From assembly GCA_016866975.1 (NCBI GenBank), contig VGKP01000012.1, positions 1 through 26,912 of the forward strand: a stretch of DNA of 26,912 nt, written 5' to 3'. The notes below the pieces were generated by a model, which saw only the letters and a program-made list of their open reading frames with translations, made no database searches and was not told where the DNA came from. The translations under genes and the position numbers were made by a program. The stretch's first letter is position 1. Every line of letters starts with the position of its first letter. This DNA is from Candidatus Pacearchaeota archaeon. GTDB lineage: Archaea > Nanobdellota > Nanobdellia > Pacearchaeales > GW2011-AR1. Below, one piece after another: positions 8,105 through 16,946 of the stretch.

Positions 8105-8221
8105 AAAAACGATGCGCCACCTCGGCTTAAAAGCCGAGGTTTGTTGCAGGCGCTCGTTTTTGGAGATGCTCGGGAACCACCACACCTTGAAAGGTGTGGT
8201 TTTCATCGGTTCCCGACATAA
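8105..8221 (+). repeat. 117-bp dispersed double-hairpin repeat (REP/MITE-like), copy 1
   Basis: 115/117 identical to 13542-13658. Two nested stem-loop modules. Confidence 0.92.
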
Positions 8222-8339
8222 TAAATGAATTAATAAGGAATTAATTTCACTCTCATGATTAATAAAGGACAGCAGTACCAAAGAGATTTTCAGAAGGAAA
8301 TTTTAAAGTGAGGAGAATCTAAGAGAAGTTGAACACATA

Positions 8340-8360
8340 TAAGGGAACGTAGTTCCCTTA
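8340..8360. other. Isolated 9-bp hairpin with a GTA triloop
   Basis: TAAGGGAAC-GTA-GTTCCCTTA, the same C(GTA)G loop as the array at 1-163. Confidence 0.7.
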
Positions 8361-8394
8361 GGGGTAAGTATAAAAATAGCAATTTCTTAAATGA

Positions 8395-9681
8395 GTGATG
8401 TCAAAAAAGAGATCTGTAAATAGTATCTTGGAATCTCTGCGTAGAAAAGAAAAGATAGACCATCAGCACTTACATTCTGCGATAAGAGAGTTGCATGAAA
8501 CCAAGGAATCTTTAGCCAAAGACGAAGCTCTCCTAAGATCCATCCTCGAGTCTACTGCAGACGGGATAATAGTAATAGATAACAGAAAGAATGTCCTTCA
8601 TTTCAACAAACAGTTTGCGCACATTTGGAATATACCTGCAAAGACGAAAAACAAAGACATAAGTAGAACTTTGCATATTGCAGCAAGACTGTTGAAGGAC
8701 CCCTCTTCACTTCTATCCCATAAAGGTGAGAACCAGCAATCTGAATATCATATTGACAGACTAAATTTAAGAGATGGTAGAATAATAGAAAGATTCTCTC
8801 GCCCTCTTATAGTGCATGACAAGACAATAGGTAGAGTCTGGAGTTTTAGGGATGTGACAGAGCTTGAGAATTTTAGAAGTGATATGGAGAGACTGGTGAA
8901 TGAGCAGACCCAAGAATTAAGAGTTCAGAATCTCGAGATGGTCAGGTCAGCTATTGGTCTTGTTGAGGCAAAAAAGAGTGTAGAAGACCAGAATATAGAT
9001 TCCATGGATCTTGCAGGGCACGAGATGAAAACGCCTTTGACAAGTATAACTTCTCTTATAGACCTCATATCGCAGAAGAAACTAGGCCCATTGACAGACA
9101 AGCAGGAGGAATCGATGAAAATAGTCCTCGAAGATGCAAAAAGATTGAATATGATAGTCAAGAACATGGGAGATGTTGCAAGGATAGAAGAAAACAGAAT
9201 AGTCTACGATTTCACTGACTTCAATCTTACTGAACTATTGAAAGAGACTATAAATATAAGTGAAGTGATGCTCCAACAGAGAAACGTGAAAGCGATTCTT
9301 GAAACGGATGAGCCAATCACGATAACTGCTGACAGGACAAGGCTAGGTCAGGTCATTCTCAATCTGTTAACCAATTCATACAAGTACGGTAATGAGAATG
9401 GCCATATCTGGATAAGTGCAAGGAAAGAGTATGGAAAGATCCTCATCAGTGTAAAGGACGATGGAATAGGAATAGCAAAAGAGAATATCCCAAAACTTTT
9501 CACTAAAAGATTCCAGATAGACCCAAAAGCAAATCGAGTCCTTGGAGGGCTGGGCCTTGGATTATACATCTGCAAGAGAATTATAGAAAGACATCTTGGA
9601 GACATTTTTGTCAAAAGCAAACTGAACGAAGGCTCAACATTAACTATTTCCCTTCCTATCTTGAACAAAAAGTTTAAATAG
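8395..9681 (+). CDS. Soluble PAS-domain sensor histidine kinase
   Basis: PAS start ILESTADGIIVID; H-box GHEMKTPLTSI; N-box QVILNLLTNSYKY; G1 VKDDGIGI; G2 GLGLGLYIC. No transmembrane segment. Confidence 0.95.
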   Translation: MMSKKRSVNSILESLRRKEKIDHQHLHSAIRELHETKESLAKDEALLRSILESTADGIIVIDNRKNVLHFNKQFAHIWNIPAKTKNKDISRTLHIAARLLKDPSSLLSHKGENQQSEYHIDRLNLRDGRIIERFSRPLIVHDKTIGRVWSFRDVTELENFRSDMERLVNEQTQELRVQNLEMVRSAIGLVEAKKSVEDQNIDSMDLAGHEMKTPLTSITSLIDLISQKKLGPLTDKQEESMKIVLEDAKRLNMIVKNMGDVARIEENRIVYDFTDFNLTELLKETINISEVMLQQRNVKAILETDEPITITADRTRLGQVILNLLTNSYKYGNENGHIWISARKEYGKILISVKDDGIGIAKENIPKLFTKRFQIDPKANRVLGGLGLGLYICKRIIERHLGDIFVKSKLNEGSTLTISLPILNKKFK

Positions 9682-9702
9682 AAATCAGGAGTTGCACAAC
9701 AA

Positions 9703-10080
9703 ATGAAAACAATAATGGTGGTCGACGATGAACAAACGTTGAGGAAGACAGTCAGAATACTTTTGGAGTCAGAAGGTTATGCAGTCGAGGAATCAGAGAC
9801 TGCCGACGAGTGTTGGAAGAAACTTCAGACAATTTCTCCTCTTCCAGAGCTTGTCCTTCTTGATATAAGGATGCCAGGGATGCCTTCTATAGAGCTGGTG
9901 AAGAAGATAAAGGAAAATAGCAAGCTGAGAAAGATAAGGATAGTTTATATGACTGCCATTATAGGTACAAAGGAGTTCACTAAGAAGATTGAGGGTGTAA
10001 TTGACGCTATTGAAAAACCATTCACAAACGAAGCATTGCTTAAGATCGTACAGGAAGCAATTTCGTATGAGGTGATTTGA
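9703..10080 (+). CDS. Single-domain CheY-like response regulator
   Basis: IMVVDDE, LLDIRMPG (phospho-Asp), MTA and EKPF receiver motifs. Confidence 0.95.
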   Translation: MKTIMVVDDEQTLRKTVRILLESEGYAVEESETADECWKKLQTISPLPELVLLDIRMPGMPSIELVKKIKENSKLRKIRIVYMTAIIGTKEFTKKIEGVIDAIEKPFTNEALLKIVQEAISYEVI

Positions 10081-10106
10081 ATGCGGTTAAACAGATTAGT
10101 CAGCAA

Positions 10107-10580
10107 TTAATTCTCACTCACAGAAATCTTATCACCATATCTTCCTGATACTTCTTTACCGTTTTGTAACGTAACAACTGGTTGGATTCTTATATGTGCC
10201 ACTTTTCCAAGGTTTAGTGAATTCGAGATAGAAATGGAAACTTTCTGTCTTTCAAGACCAAATGCTTTTGCTGAAGGCGATGCGTATCGTATTGCAACAA
10301 ATTGACCCGCTACATCTTCTACCCATACATTTAGCGACAATACCTTGAGCTCATCAAAGCCCGTATTGCGCTGAGTATCAAATGTTAGCCACTGACCATC
10401 TGAGTTTTTCGTTAATTCAGCATTCCAAACCATAAATGTTATTTTGTCATACCAATCAGGATTTTCTATTTGAGGAACCACGCGGTCATAACTTTCACTT
10501 TTAGTATTGAATAAATAGTAGGAAAGCACTCCAATCACAAGCATTGCAAGGACTATCCCTGCAATTGCAATCTTATTAAT
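10107..10580 (-). CDS. N-terminally anchored secreted hypothetical protein; probable start is ATT at 10580
   Basis: The frame is open 12 codons upstream of ATG 10544, giving (M)NKIAIAGIVLAMLVIGVLSYYLF. A TTTATAAA box sits at leaderless distance from the ATT. Confidence 0.6.
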   Translation of the reverse strand: MNKIAIAGIVLAMLVIGVLSYYLFNTKSESYDRVVPQIENPDWYDKITFMVWNAELTKNSDGQWLTFDTQRNTGFDELKVLSLNVWVEDVAGQFVAIRYASPSAKAFGLERQKVSISISNSLNLGKVAHIRIQPVVTLQNGKEVSGRYGDKISVSEN

Positions 10581-10845
10581 TTAAAGATAATATTCACCAA
10601 GTTTATAAATATGACGCTGCTTTTAGAATTTAGCAAGAATGACTACGAGAGAAGTGAATTTCCATTTATTTTTTCAATGCTTGATACTATCTCTTCCATT
10701 GGAATCATATTAAGTGAGAATCGTCAATTCTTAGAAGGAATACTTGAGTGGAAATGAATTGCAATTTCCGTAGAAACTACTCAATAACTAAACAATTATA
10801 AACCACGAGCAATATAGGGAAGTTAATCGTTTACAAAAAAAGACC

Positions 10846-12051
10846 ATGATAGAAGCAGGAGTAGGTGTTAGTACAGCCAAAGACGCGTCATCAGCAGGGA
10901 AGGAAGCCGCAGAGAAAGCCCTGCGCCATCTTGGTAAGCCTCCTAGCTTGATGATGGTGTTCGCCTCGCCAATTTACCCTCAGCAACAGCTTCTCGACAC
11001 TATAACTTCAATAACTAAGAACACACCTTTCATAGGAGGAACAACTGCAGGAGAGATTTCCACATGGGGAGTTAGCGACGACTCTGTGGTGATATTAGCA
11101 TTGTATATGCAGTCAGTCTCTTTTTCACATGCAATAGAACAGCATCTTAGGAGAAACGAGTTCAAGGCTGGAAAGCAATTAGCACTGTCATTGGTCAAAA
11201 GACTAAAAGAGAAAAAACCTTCTACACTCTTCCTTTTCCCCGGCGGAAAAGCAGGAAATCTTTCAGAGTTGATAAAGGGTATCCAGTCTGTCTTGGGAGA
11301 AACATTCCCAATCTTCGGAGGAGCCCTCGGAGACAGGGGAGATTTTAAAAAAACCCATCAATATCACAACGGGAAAGTCTACGAAGATTCAGTTGTAGGA
11401 ATATTGCTTGCAGGAAATATTATCACCGCATCAGGAATAAAGTCAGGATGGAAGACTATAGGTAACAAACTCAAGGTGACAAAATCGATTGTCAACTCTC
11501 TCTTCGAATTGGATGGAGATCCTGCTCTAGATATCTATCAGAAGATGCTGGGCGAAGAGCTTTCTGCAAGACTCCCGACCTCAGGGTCTGAATATCCTAT
11601 AGGGCTGACAGACAGACAGATTCAACTAGGAGATGGAGAATTCTTCACCCCTTTTAGGGCCCCAGTTGAGATTCATCCTGATAAGAAGTCAATTATTTTT
11701 GGTTCTCCAATTCACGAAAAAACCTCGGTAACGATTGCAACTGCATCAAGGAATGATGTTATTGAAAGCGCCGCAAGGGCTGCAGAGCAAGCCCTCCATA
11801 ATTTCGGTAAGGCAAAACCTGCTTGCGCATTGTTCTTCTCTTCTTTTGGTTGCAAAGCAGTATTGGAAGGTAGAAGCCAGGAAGAGATAACTGCTGTGCA
11901 AAATATCATAGGAAGAGATGTGCCCCTCGCAGGATTTTTTACATACGGCGAGATAGCCCCCTTGGATCTAAAATCGAAAGAGGTGAAGCTCCAGTCCTCT
12001 CACTTCCACAATCAGACAAACGTCGTATTTATTTTGGGATCTAAAGCATGA
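10846..12051 (+). CDS. FIST N/C domain signal transduction protein (NosP-like)
   Basis: FIGGTTAGEIS, PIFGGALGD, LFELDGDPA and VPLAGFFTYGEIAP FIST motifs. Confidence 0.92.
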   Translation: MIEAGVGVSTAKDASSAGKEAAEKALRHLGKPPSLMMVFASPIYPQQQLLDTITSITKNTPFIGGTTAGEISTWGVSDDSVVILALYMQSVSFSHAIEQHLRRNEFKAGKQLALSLVKRLKEKKPSTLFLFPGGKAGNLSELIKGIQSVLGETFPIFGGALGDRGDFKKTHQYHNGKVYEDSVVGILLAGNIITASGIKSGWKTIGNKLKVTKSIVNSLFELDGDPALDIYQKMLGEELSARLPTSGSEYPIGLTDRQIQLGDGEFFTPFRAPVEIHPDKKSIIFGSPIHEKTSVTIATASRNDVIESAARAAEQALHNFGKAKPACALFFSSFGCKAVLEGRSQEEITAVQNIIGRDVPLAGFFTYGEIAPLDLKSKEVKLQSSHFHNQTNVVFILGSKA

Positions 12052-12110
12052 ATGTGATAATCCTACATGGCTGCCCTCCATCTATAGATGAAGCAATAAA
12101 AACGTCATGA
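12048..12110 (+). pseudogene. Possible relic N-terminus of an RBBP9/YdeN-like alpha/beta hydrolase
   Basis: ATGA overlap with the FIST stop. Reads MNVIILHGCPPSIDEAIKTS* and continues in frame to ..KVPW. Confidence 0.3.
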
Positions 12111-12188
12111 ATCGAAGATTATCGAGGTATGGGTGCTAAAGTTCCTTGGCATAAAAACCTTTATAATCACTCTCGCCGTTCCTGCTTG

Positions 12189-13541
12189 ATGCAAAAAGAG
12201 GAGCAAAAAAAGAAGCAGTCTCTCAATACAAGTATAAAGGAAGGGACAGCTGCTGCATCGATGACTGCTGTTGGAGACAACTATATTTCTCTTTTCGCCC
12301 TTGAATTGAAGGCACAACCCACAATTGTAGGTCTTCTAAGCGCACTTGCAGGTATCGTAGGCCCGCTTGCACAGCTCTATGGAAATCATCTCATGGGGTC
12401 TTATTCAAGGAAGCAGATAGCCAGAAGATTCGTCGGACTGCAGGCATTTCTCTGGCTTCCTTTAGCACTAATTGCATTCCTCTCATGGAAAGGCCTTTCT
12501 GCATACATGCTCCCTTTTCTTATCATAGGTTATGGCCTCATTGTCATCGCAGGAGGAATTGTCTATCCAGCATGGTTCTCATGGATGGGCGACTTAGTAC
12601 CTCAGGAAGAGAGAGGAAGATATTTTAGCAGAAGAAGCAGGATCGCAGAATCGTTTGGGATCTCGCTATTCTTAATAAGCGGATTTGTACTCGATTCTTT
12701 TAAGACAAACGGTTTCGTCCTGCTTGGATTTGCACTTTTCTTCACAATAGCAAGTATCGCAAGATTCACTTCATTCTCCTTATTCAATCAACAATACGAG
12801 CCACGACTAAAAATAAAGAAAGAAGACCATTTTTCATTTTGGGCATTCATAAAGAGATATGATAATTATGGAAAATTCGCAGTCTCATATGCTCTTTTCA
12901 ATTTTGCTATAATGGTAGCCTCTCCCTTCTTTGCAGTCTATATGCTAAGAGAATTGCAGTTCAATTATGTATACATCGCCCTGATAACTCTCTCTTCATC
13001 TGTTTTCTATCTTCTATTCCTTCCAATTATAGGAAGGTTCTCTGACAGATTCGGTAACAAGAGGTTATTTTATCTATCTTCTCTGTTGTTTGGACTGAAT
13101 CCTATCCTCTGGATATTCCTCACAAATCCCTGGGCAATAATATTTATTCCTCAATTGATAGTGGGCCTTGCAAACGCCGCACTTGTGATTGGTATAATGA
13201 ATTTCACATATGATTCTACCTCTCCAAAGCATAGGGGCCTTTGTGTAGCATACATGAACGTCCTTGGAGGCATAGGTGTAGTAGCGGGTTCATTGCTTGG
13301 AGGCATTCTCCTGGATATTGTACCGATATGGTTTGGGAAGCCTTTCATAATTGTGTTCTCTCTCGCAGCTATCTTGCGTCTGGCAATTCCATTCTTTATC
13401 ATCAAGCATATCAATGAAAGCAAAAAGAAACAGCAACTCCATCTGCCTAAAGTTAATATTGCTCATCCTCTCAGGACAGTGCAAGGAGAGGTACATTGGG
13501 TTAAGCAGTTACTTCAAGAGAAAAAAGCCGAGAAAAAATAA
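12189..13541 (+). CDS. MFS transporter
   Basis: About 12 hydrophobic helices; GRFSDRFGNKR motif A; WMGDLVPQEERGRYF. Start placed at ATG 12189, downstream of a TTTATAAT box. Confidence 0.92.
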   Translation: MQKEEQKKKQSLNTSIKEGTAAASMTAVGDNYISLFALELKAQPTIVGLLSALAGIVGPLAQLYGNHLMGSYSRKQIARRFVGLQAFLWLPLALIAFLSWKGLSAYMLPFLIIGYGLIVIAGGIVYPAWFSWMGDLVPQEERGRYFSRRSRIAESFGISLFLISGFVLDSFKTNGFVLLGFALFFTIASIARFTSFSLFNQQYEPRLKIKKEDHFSFWAFIKRYDNYGKFAVSYALFNFAIMVASPFFAVYMLRELQFNYVYIALITLSSSVFYLLFLPIIGRFSDRFGNKRLFYLSSLLFGLNPILWIFLTNPWAIIFIPQLIVGLANAALVIGIMNFTYDSTSPKHRGLCVAYMNVLGGIGVVAGSLLGGILLDIVPIWFGKPFIIVFSLAAILRLAIPFFIIKHINESKKKQQLHLPKVNIAHPLRTVQGEVHWVKQLLQEKKAEKK

Positions 13542-13658
13542 AAAAACGATGCGCCACTGCGGCTTAAAAGCCGAGGTTTGTTGCAGGCGCTCGTTTTTGG
13601 AGATGCTCGGGAACCACCACACCTTGAAAGGTGTGGTTTTCATCGGTTCCCGACATAA
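13542..13658 (+). repeat. 117-bp dispersed double-hairpin repeat, copy 2
   Basis: Same orientation as copy 1 and begins immediately after the MFS stop. Flanked by the 11-bp direct repeat ATAAAAAAACG (13538-13548, 13655-13665). Confidence 0.92.
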
Positions 13659-13720
13659 AAAAACGTTGAGAATTTATCTAAAACCCTAATATTTTTATAC
13701 CTCTATCTGTAGTTCAGCTC

Positions 13721-14113
13721 ATGGCCAAGTCATCTGCAATATTTTATACAGGGATAATAGGTGCAACAATCTGCTCATATTCATTGATGTCAACTCTTTG
13801 CAGTAATGCATTTAATAATCGCACTCTCCCTCAACAGTTTATTCAAGCTCGCCAAGAGATGATAGATACACATTATCTGCTAAGATCTTCGCCAAAATAT
13901 AGCTCAGAATATCCTGCATTAGTGCAGCGCATGACATCTGTGCAAAGCAATTATCAGGCAACAATAAACAAGCCAGAGATAAGATCTGCATTAGAAATAG
14001 AAAATGAACGGGGTATTAAGCTTGCTCTAACAGTTGGCGCTCAAATCTCGCTCTCAACAATCTTTCTTGGTATGGCCTACTTAAATGCAAGAAGAGATAG
14101 ACTGATTCAATAG
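13721..14113 (+). CDS. Hypothetical membrane protein
   Basis: 130-aa ORF with N- and C-terminal hydrophobic segments; TTTTTATA box upstream. Confidence 0.65.
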   Translation: MAKSSAIFYTGIIGATICSYSLMSTLCSNAFNNRTLPQQFIQARQEMIDTHYLLRSSPKYSSEYPALVQRMTSVQSNYQATINKPEIRSALEIENERGIKLALTVGAQISLSTIFLGMAYLNARRDRLIQ

Positions 14114-14143
14114 ATTTTTAAAGTCTAAATTGCAATAAAAAGT

Positions 14144-14566
14144 ATGGCTAAAGAGAAACTAAAGGGGATAGAAGGATGGCTTCTGGTTTTCGTCATTTTT
14201 CAGATATTTGGCATAATTGGTGCACTAAATGAGATAGTAAATATATTCAGTGAGAAATCTCAAGAACAAATGGAAGTATTGAAATCTATTGGTATCGTGG
14301 TAAACGAGATGCCATTACCAATGATTATTTCTATGAATACAATTGCATTGGCACTTATATCTGTTTCCTTGATTTTGATATTTAGAAAATCTCGCTATGC
14401 AAAAAATTGGACTTATGTAGCAATTTGGGTTGATTTCGTTGTAAGCCTTATAGGGATAGGTTATACTTTTCCAACAATAACTTATATATTTTCAGGAGCT
14501 ATATCTCTCGCCTGGACACTTTACTTCTCAAGATCAAAGAGAGTGAAAAATACATTAGTTAATTAG
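14144..14566 (+). CDS. DUF2569-like membrane protein
   Basis: KGIEGWLL start and W.LYFSRSKRVKNT end are typical of DUF2569; four hydrophobic segments. Confidence 0.75.
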   Translation: MAKEKLKGIEGWLLVFVIFQIFGIIGALNEIVNIFSEKSQEQMEVLKSIGIVVNEMPLPMIISMNTIALALISVSLILIFRKSRYAKNWTYVAIWVDFVVSLIGIGYTFPTITYIFSGAISLAWTLYFSRSKRVKNTLVN

Positions 14567-14571
14567 ATTTA

Positions 14572-16323
14572 TCAGTATCCCCAATGAGAATTCTTCTTTC
14601 TTTTGATGGCTGCAAGTTCTTCAAGTACTTTTATTTCTCTGTGTGAAAAAAGGTCTTTCTGTTTCATTATCTGCCTGAATTGTGATTCTGAAAGATCTGC
14701 ATAAAGTGAGTCTATTTTACCAAGTCTCCTGTCAAACATTATTCCTGGCAATGCCATGGCAAGTTCTTTTCCTTCAACAGCTTCATTCACGCTCTCTTTC
14801 TCTAATTGTAATGATTTGACTCTCGCGACTTCTTCTCCATCACTGTCTATCAAAGGTATACCTACTCTTATCTTCCCCGCTGATACTCTGACGCCAAATA
14901 TGGCAGGATTGGAATTCCTAAATACATGTTGATTCAAAATATCGAGTTTGCATATAGTCGCCAGGCCAAGTAGTCTTTCCCTTACAAGTTCTTCCTGTCT
15001 ATCTTTTCTCCACAATGTCACTTCTTCTATTAACTTGTACACAACAGGATGAGTCATCACTTTAACTCCTGCAGGCACATTAAGCCCTTCATCAATAGAG
15101 ACATTAAAACCCAAGACTACGGCATTTAGTGGATCTATGTCAATATTAGCTTGAGCAGAAAGAAGATCTCCTTTGCCTATTGGCCCTATCCCTGCTTTTA
15201 CAAATGGCACTCTTTCCTGCCTCAACAATGTCATCAGCGCCTCAAGGCTCCCAAGAGAATCAGCTTTCAAGACAATACCTTGTTTGTCCAATTTAAGCAC
15301 TTCAGAAAATTCTTTCTTGAATTGCGCTCGTACTTTCTCTTTTTCTTTATTTTCAGAAATAACTTGAAAAGGCATTCCAGGAAGGACTCCTTCTTTTGTC
15401 GTCAATTGTATCCTTCCTCCAGATGCTGCTCTCAATTCTTTCGTTGAAGTATACCTAGTCGAAAGAGGCAAAATCTCCGCCATTGCTCTTGCCTTTGATA
15501 CTACAGGTTCACCAAATGAAGCAATCATTAAACTATCACCTTCCTTCAGCACACCATCGTACACAATTACCTCTGCCCATTCCATTCCTCTGTCTTTTTT
15601 CAATTCTAGTAATACTCCTTTGGTTACTTCAGAAAGTTTCAGTCTATCTCTCAGGAATCTCTGACACAATCCCGACAAAATGAAAAGCAATTCAGATATC
15701 CCTTCCTTGGTTCTTGCTGAACAAGGCACTATAGCAACATTCTTTGTGAAATCATTTATATTATAATAAAGTTCAGATTCAAATCCTAATTCTTTCAATG
15801 ATCCTTGAAATGTCAATACCGCTTCATCGAACTCACTCCTTGTATGCATCGGTTGCATTTCAGCAGATTCCCTGAATGTCTTTCCTTCATGATTTCTCCA
15901 TCCAGATATTGTGTCTATCTTGTTCAATGCTATAACAAATGGAGTTTTGTGAGCCTTCAATATCTGCAATACTTCTACCGTCTGTGGTTGTATGCTTTCT
16001 TTGATACTAACTACGACAATGGCCAGATCCGCAAGACTGCCTCCACGTTTTCGCAAATTTGTAAATGCAGCATGTCCTGGCGTGTCTATAAAAAGAAATC
16101 CTGGTATCTCAAGTTCAACTTTATTTTTATGCAGCAATGGACATGCTTCAAATACTCGGGATAAAGGGAATCGCGTAAAAGATATCTTCTGTGTTATTCC
16201 TCCGGCCTCTTCTTCTTGAAGAAAGCTGCCTCTAAAGCAATCCAGGATGCTTGTCTTTCCGTGATCGACATGTCCACATACAGTAACGATGGGGCTTCTT
16301 AACTGAACTTGATTTTTTTTCAT
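14572..16323 (-). CDS. infB: Translation initiation factor IF-2 (aIF5B)
   Basis: LRSPIVTVCGHVDHGKTS, IDTPGHAAFTNLRKRGGSLAD and NKID GTPase motifs; archaeal length. Start placed at ATG 16323. Confidence 0.97.
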   Translation of the reverse strand: MKKNQVQLRSPIVTVCGHVDHGKTSILDCFRGSFLQEEEAGGITQKISFTRFPLSRVFEACPLLHKNKVELEIPGFLFIDTPGHAAFTNLRKRGGSLADLAIVVVSIKESIQPQTVEVLQILKAHKTPFVIALNKIDTISGWRNHEGKTFRESAEMQPMHTRSEFDEAVLTFQGSLKELGFESELYYNINDFTKNVAIVPCSARTKEGISELLFILSGLCQRFLRDRLKLSEVTKGVLLELKKDRGMEWAEVIVYDGVLKEGDSLMIASFGEPVVSKARAMAEILPLSTRYTSTKELRAASGGRIQLTTKEGVLPGMPFQVISENKEKEKVRAQFKKEFSEVLKLDKQGIVLKADSLGSLEALMTLLRQERVPFVKAGIGPIGKGDLLSAQANIDIDPLNAVVLGFNVSIDEGLNVPAGVKVMTHPVVYKLIEEVTLWRKDRQEELVRERLLGLATICKLDILNQHVFRNSNPAIFGVRVSAGKIRVGIPLIDSDGEEVARVKSLQLEKESVNEAVEGKELAMALPGIMFDRRLGKIDSLYADLSESQFRQIMKQKDLFSHREIKVLEELAAIKRKKNSHWGY

Positions 16324-16389
16324 ATTGTTCTCCTCGCATATATTTATCTCGAAAGAAGGCTTTATAAAGATGTTCTCCTCCATAAAATA

Positions 16390-16674
16390 ATGAGTTGGAA
16401 AAAGTGGTCATATGAAACAAAAGGTGCATTCATAGGCCTCTTGATAGGGTTGATTTTATTGGTTCTTTCTTTATTCATGCCAGTTTATTGCATAGGTCTG
16501 TCTGAAGACGGGACTAGCCCTTGCAAAAGTTTCTCAACTGGAGAGACAGTTTCATTTCACCTTAGTAAGATTATGACAGATGACTCATTAATCTATTTGA
16601 TCCTTCTCATATCTGGAGTATTAATTGGAGTAATAGTAGGATGGATAATCAAAAAGATCAAAACCAAAAAATAA
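16390..16674 (+). CDS. Small two-TM membrane protein
   Basis: MSWKKWSYETKGAFIGLLIG...; two hydrophobic helices with an extracellular Cys pair; divergent from infB across a shared TTTATAAA. Confidence 0.7.
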   Translation: MSWKKWSYETKGAFIGLLIGLILLVLSLFMPVYCIGLSEDGTSPCKSFSTGETVSFHLSKIMTDDSLIYLILLISGVLIGVIVGWIIKKIKTKK

Positions 16675-16694
16675 CTTTTAACTTTAAAGAAAAA

Positions 16695-16925
16695 TCACTC
16701 TTTCGCCTCTTCTTCTAAATCCTTCTCATCTATGCTGTTTACAGCAGCTTTAAAAATCTTGAACTTATCTGCAGGAATACGTGTGCCTGCCTTTGTAAAA
16801 CCAGTATATTTGTCTGATTTCACAAACTCTCTTATTGTTACACCTCTCCTTCCTCCAAAATCATCTATCCTTATTACTATGTCAGTGTCTGCGGATTTTG
16901 TTATTCTGTCGATGTCTTTTTCCAT
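16695..16925 (-). CDS. PC4/YdbC-like ssDNA-binding protein
   Basis: GVTIREFVKSDKYTGFTKAGTRIP fits the PC4-fold pattern (IR.F...G..TK.G..I). Confidence 0.65.
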   Translation of the reverse strand: MEKDIDRITKSADTDIVIRIDDFGGRRGVTIREFVKSDKYTGFTKAGTRIPADKFKIFKAAVNSIDEKDLEEEAKE

Positions 16926-16946
16926 GTTTATTTAATAAATGGCCTT

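Noticed and set aside
7979-8281. 100-aa minus-strand ORF
   Set aside because: Runs through the non-coding 117-bp repeat and an AT-rich promoter region, with no protein-like features.
10611-10757. 48-codon plus-strand ORF MTLLLEFSKND...
   Set aside because: The ATG directly follows the TATA box, there is no recognisable motif, and I cannot distinguish it from a chance frame.
16309-16389. Track-predicted long N-termini of infB (16383) and the divergent membrane gene (16309)
   Set aside because: They overlap head-to-head across the shared promoter; the downstream ATGs at 16323 and 16390 fit better.
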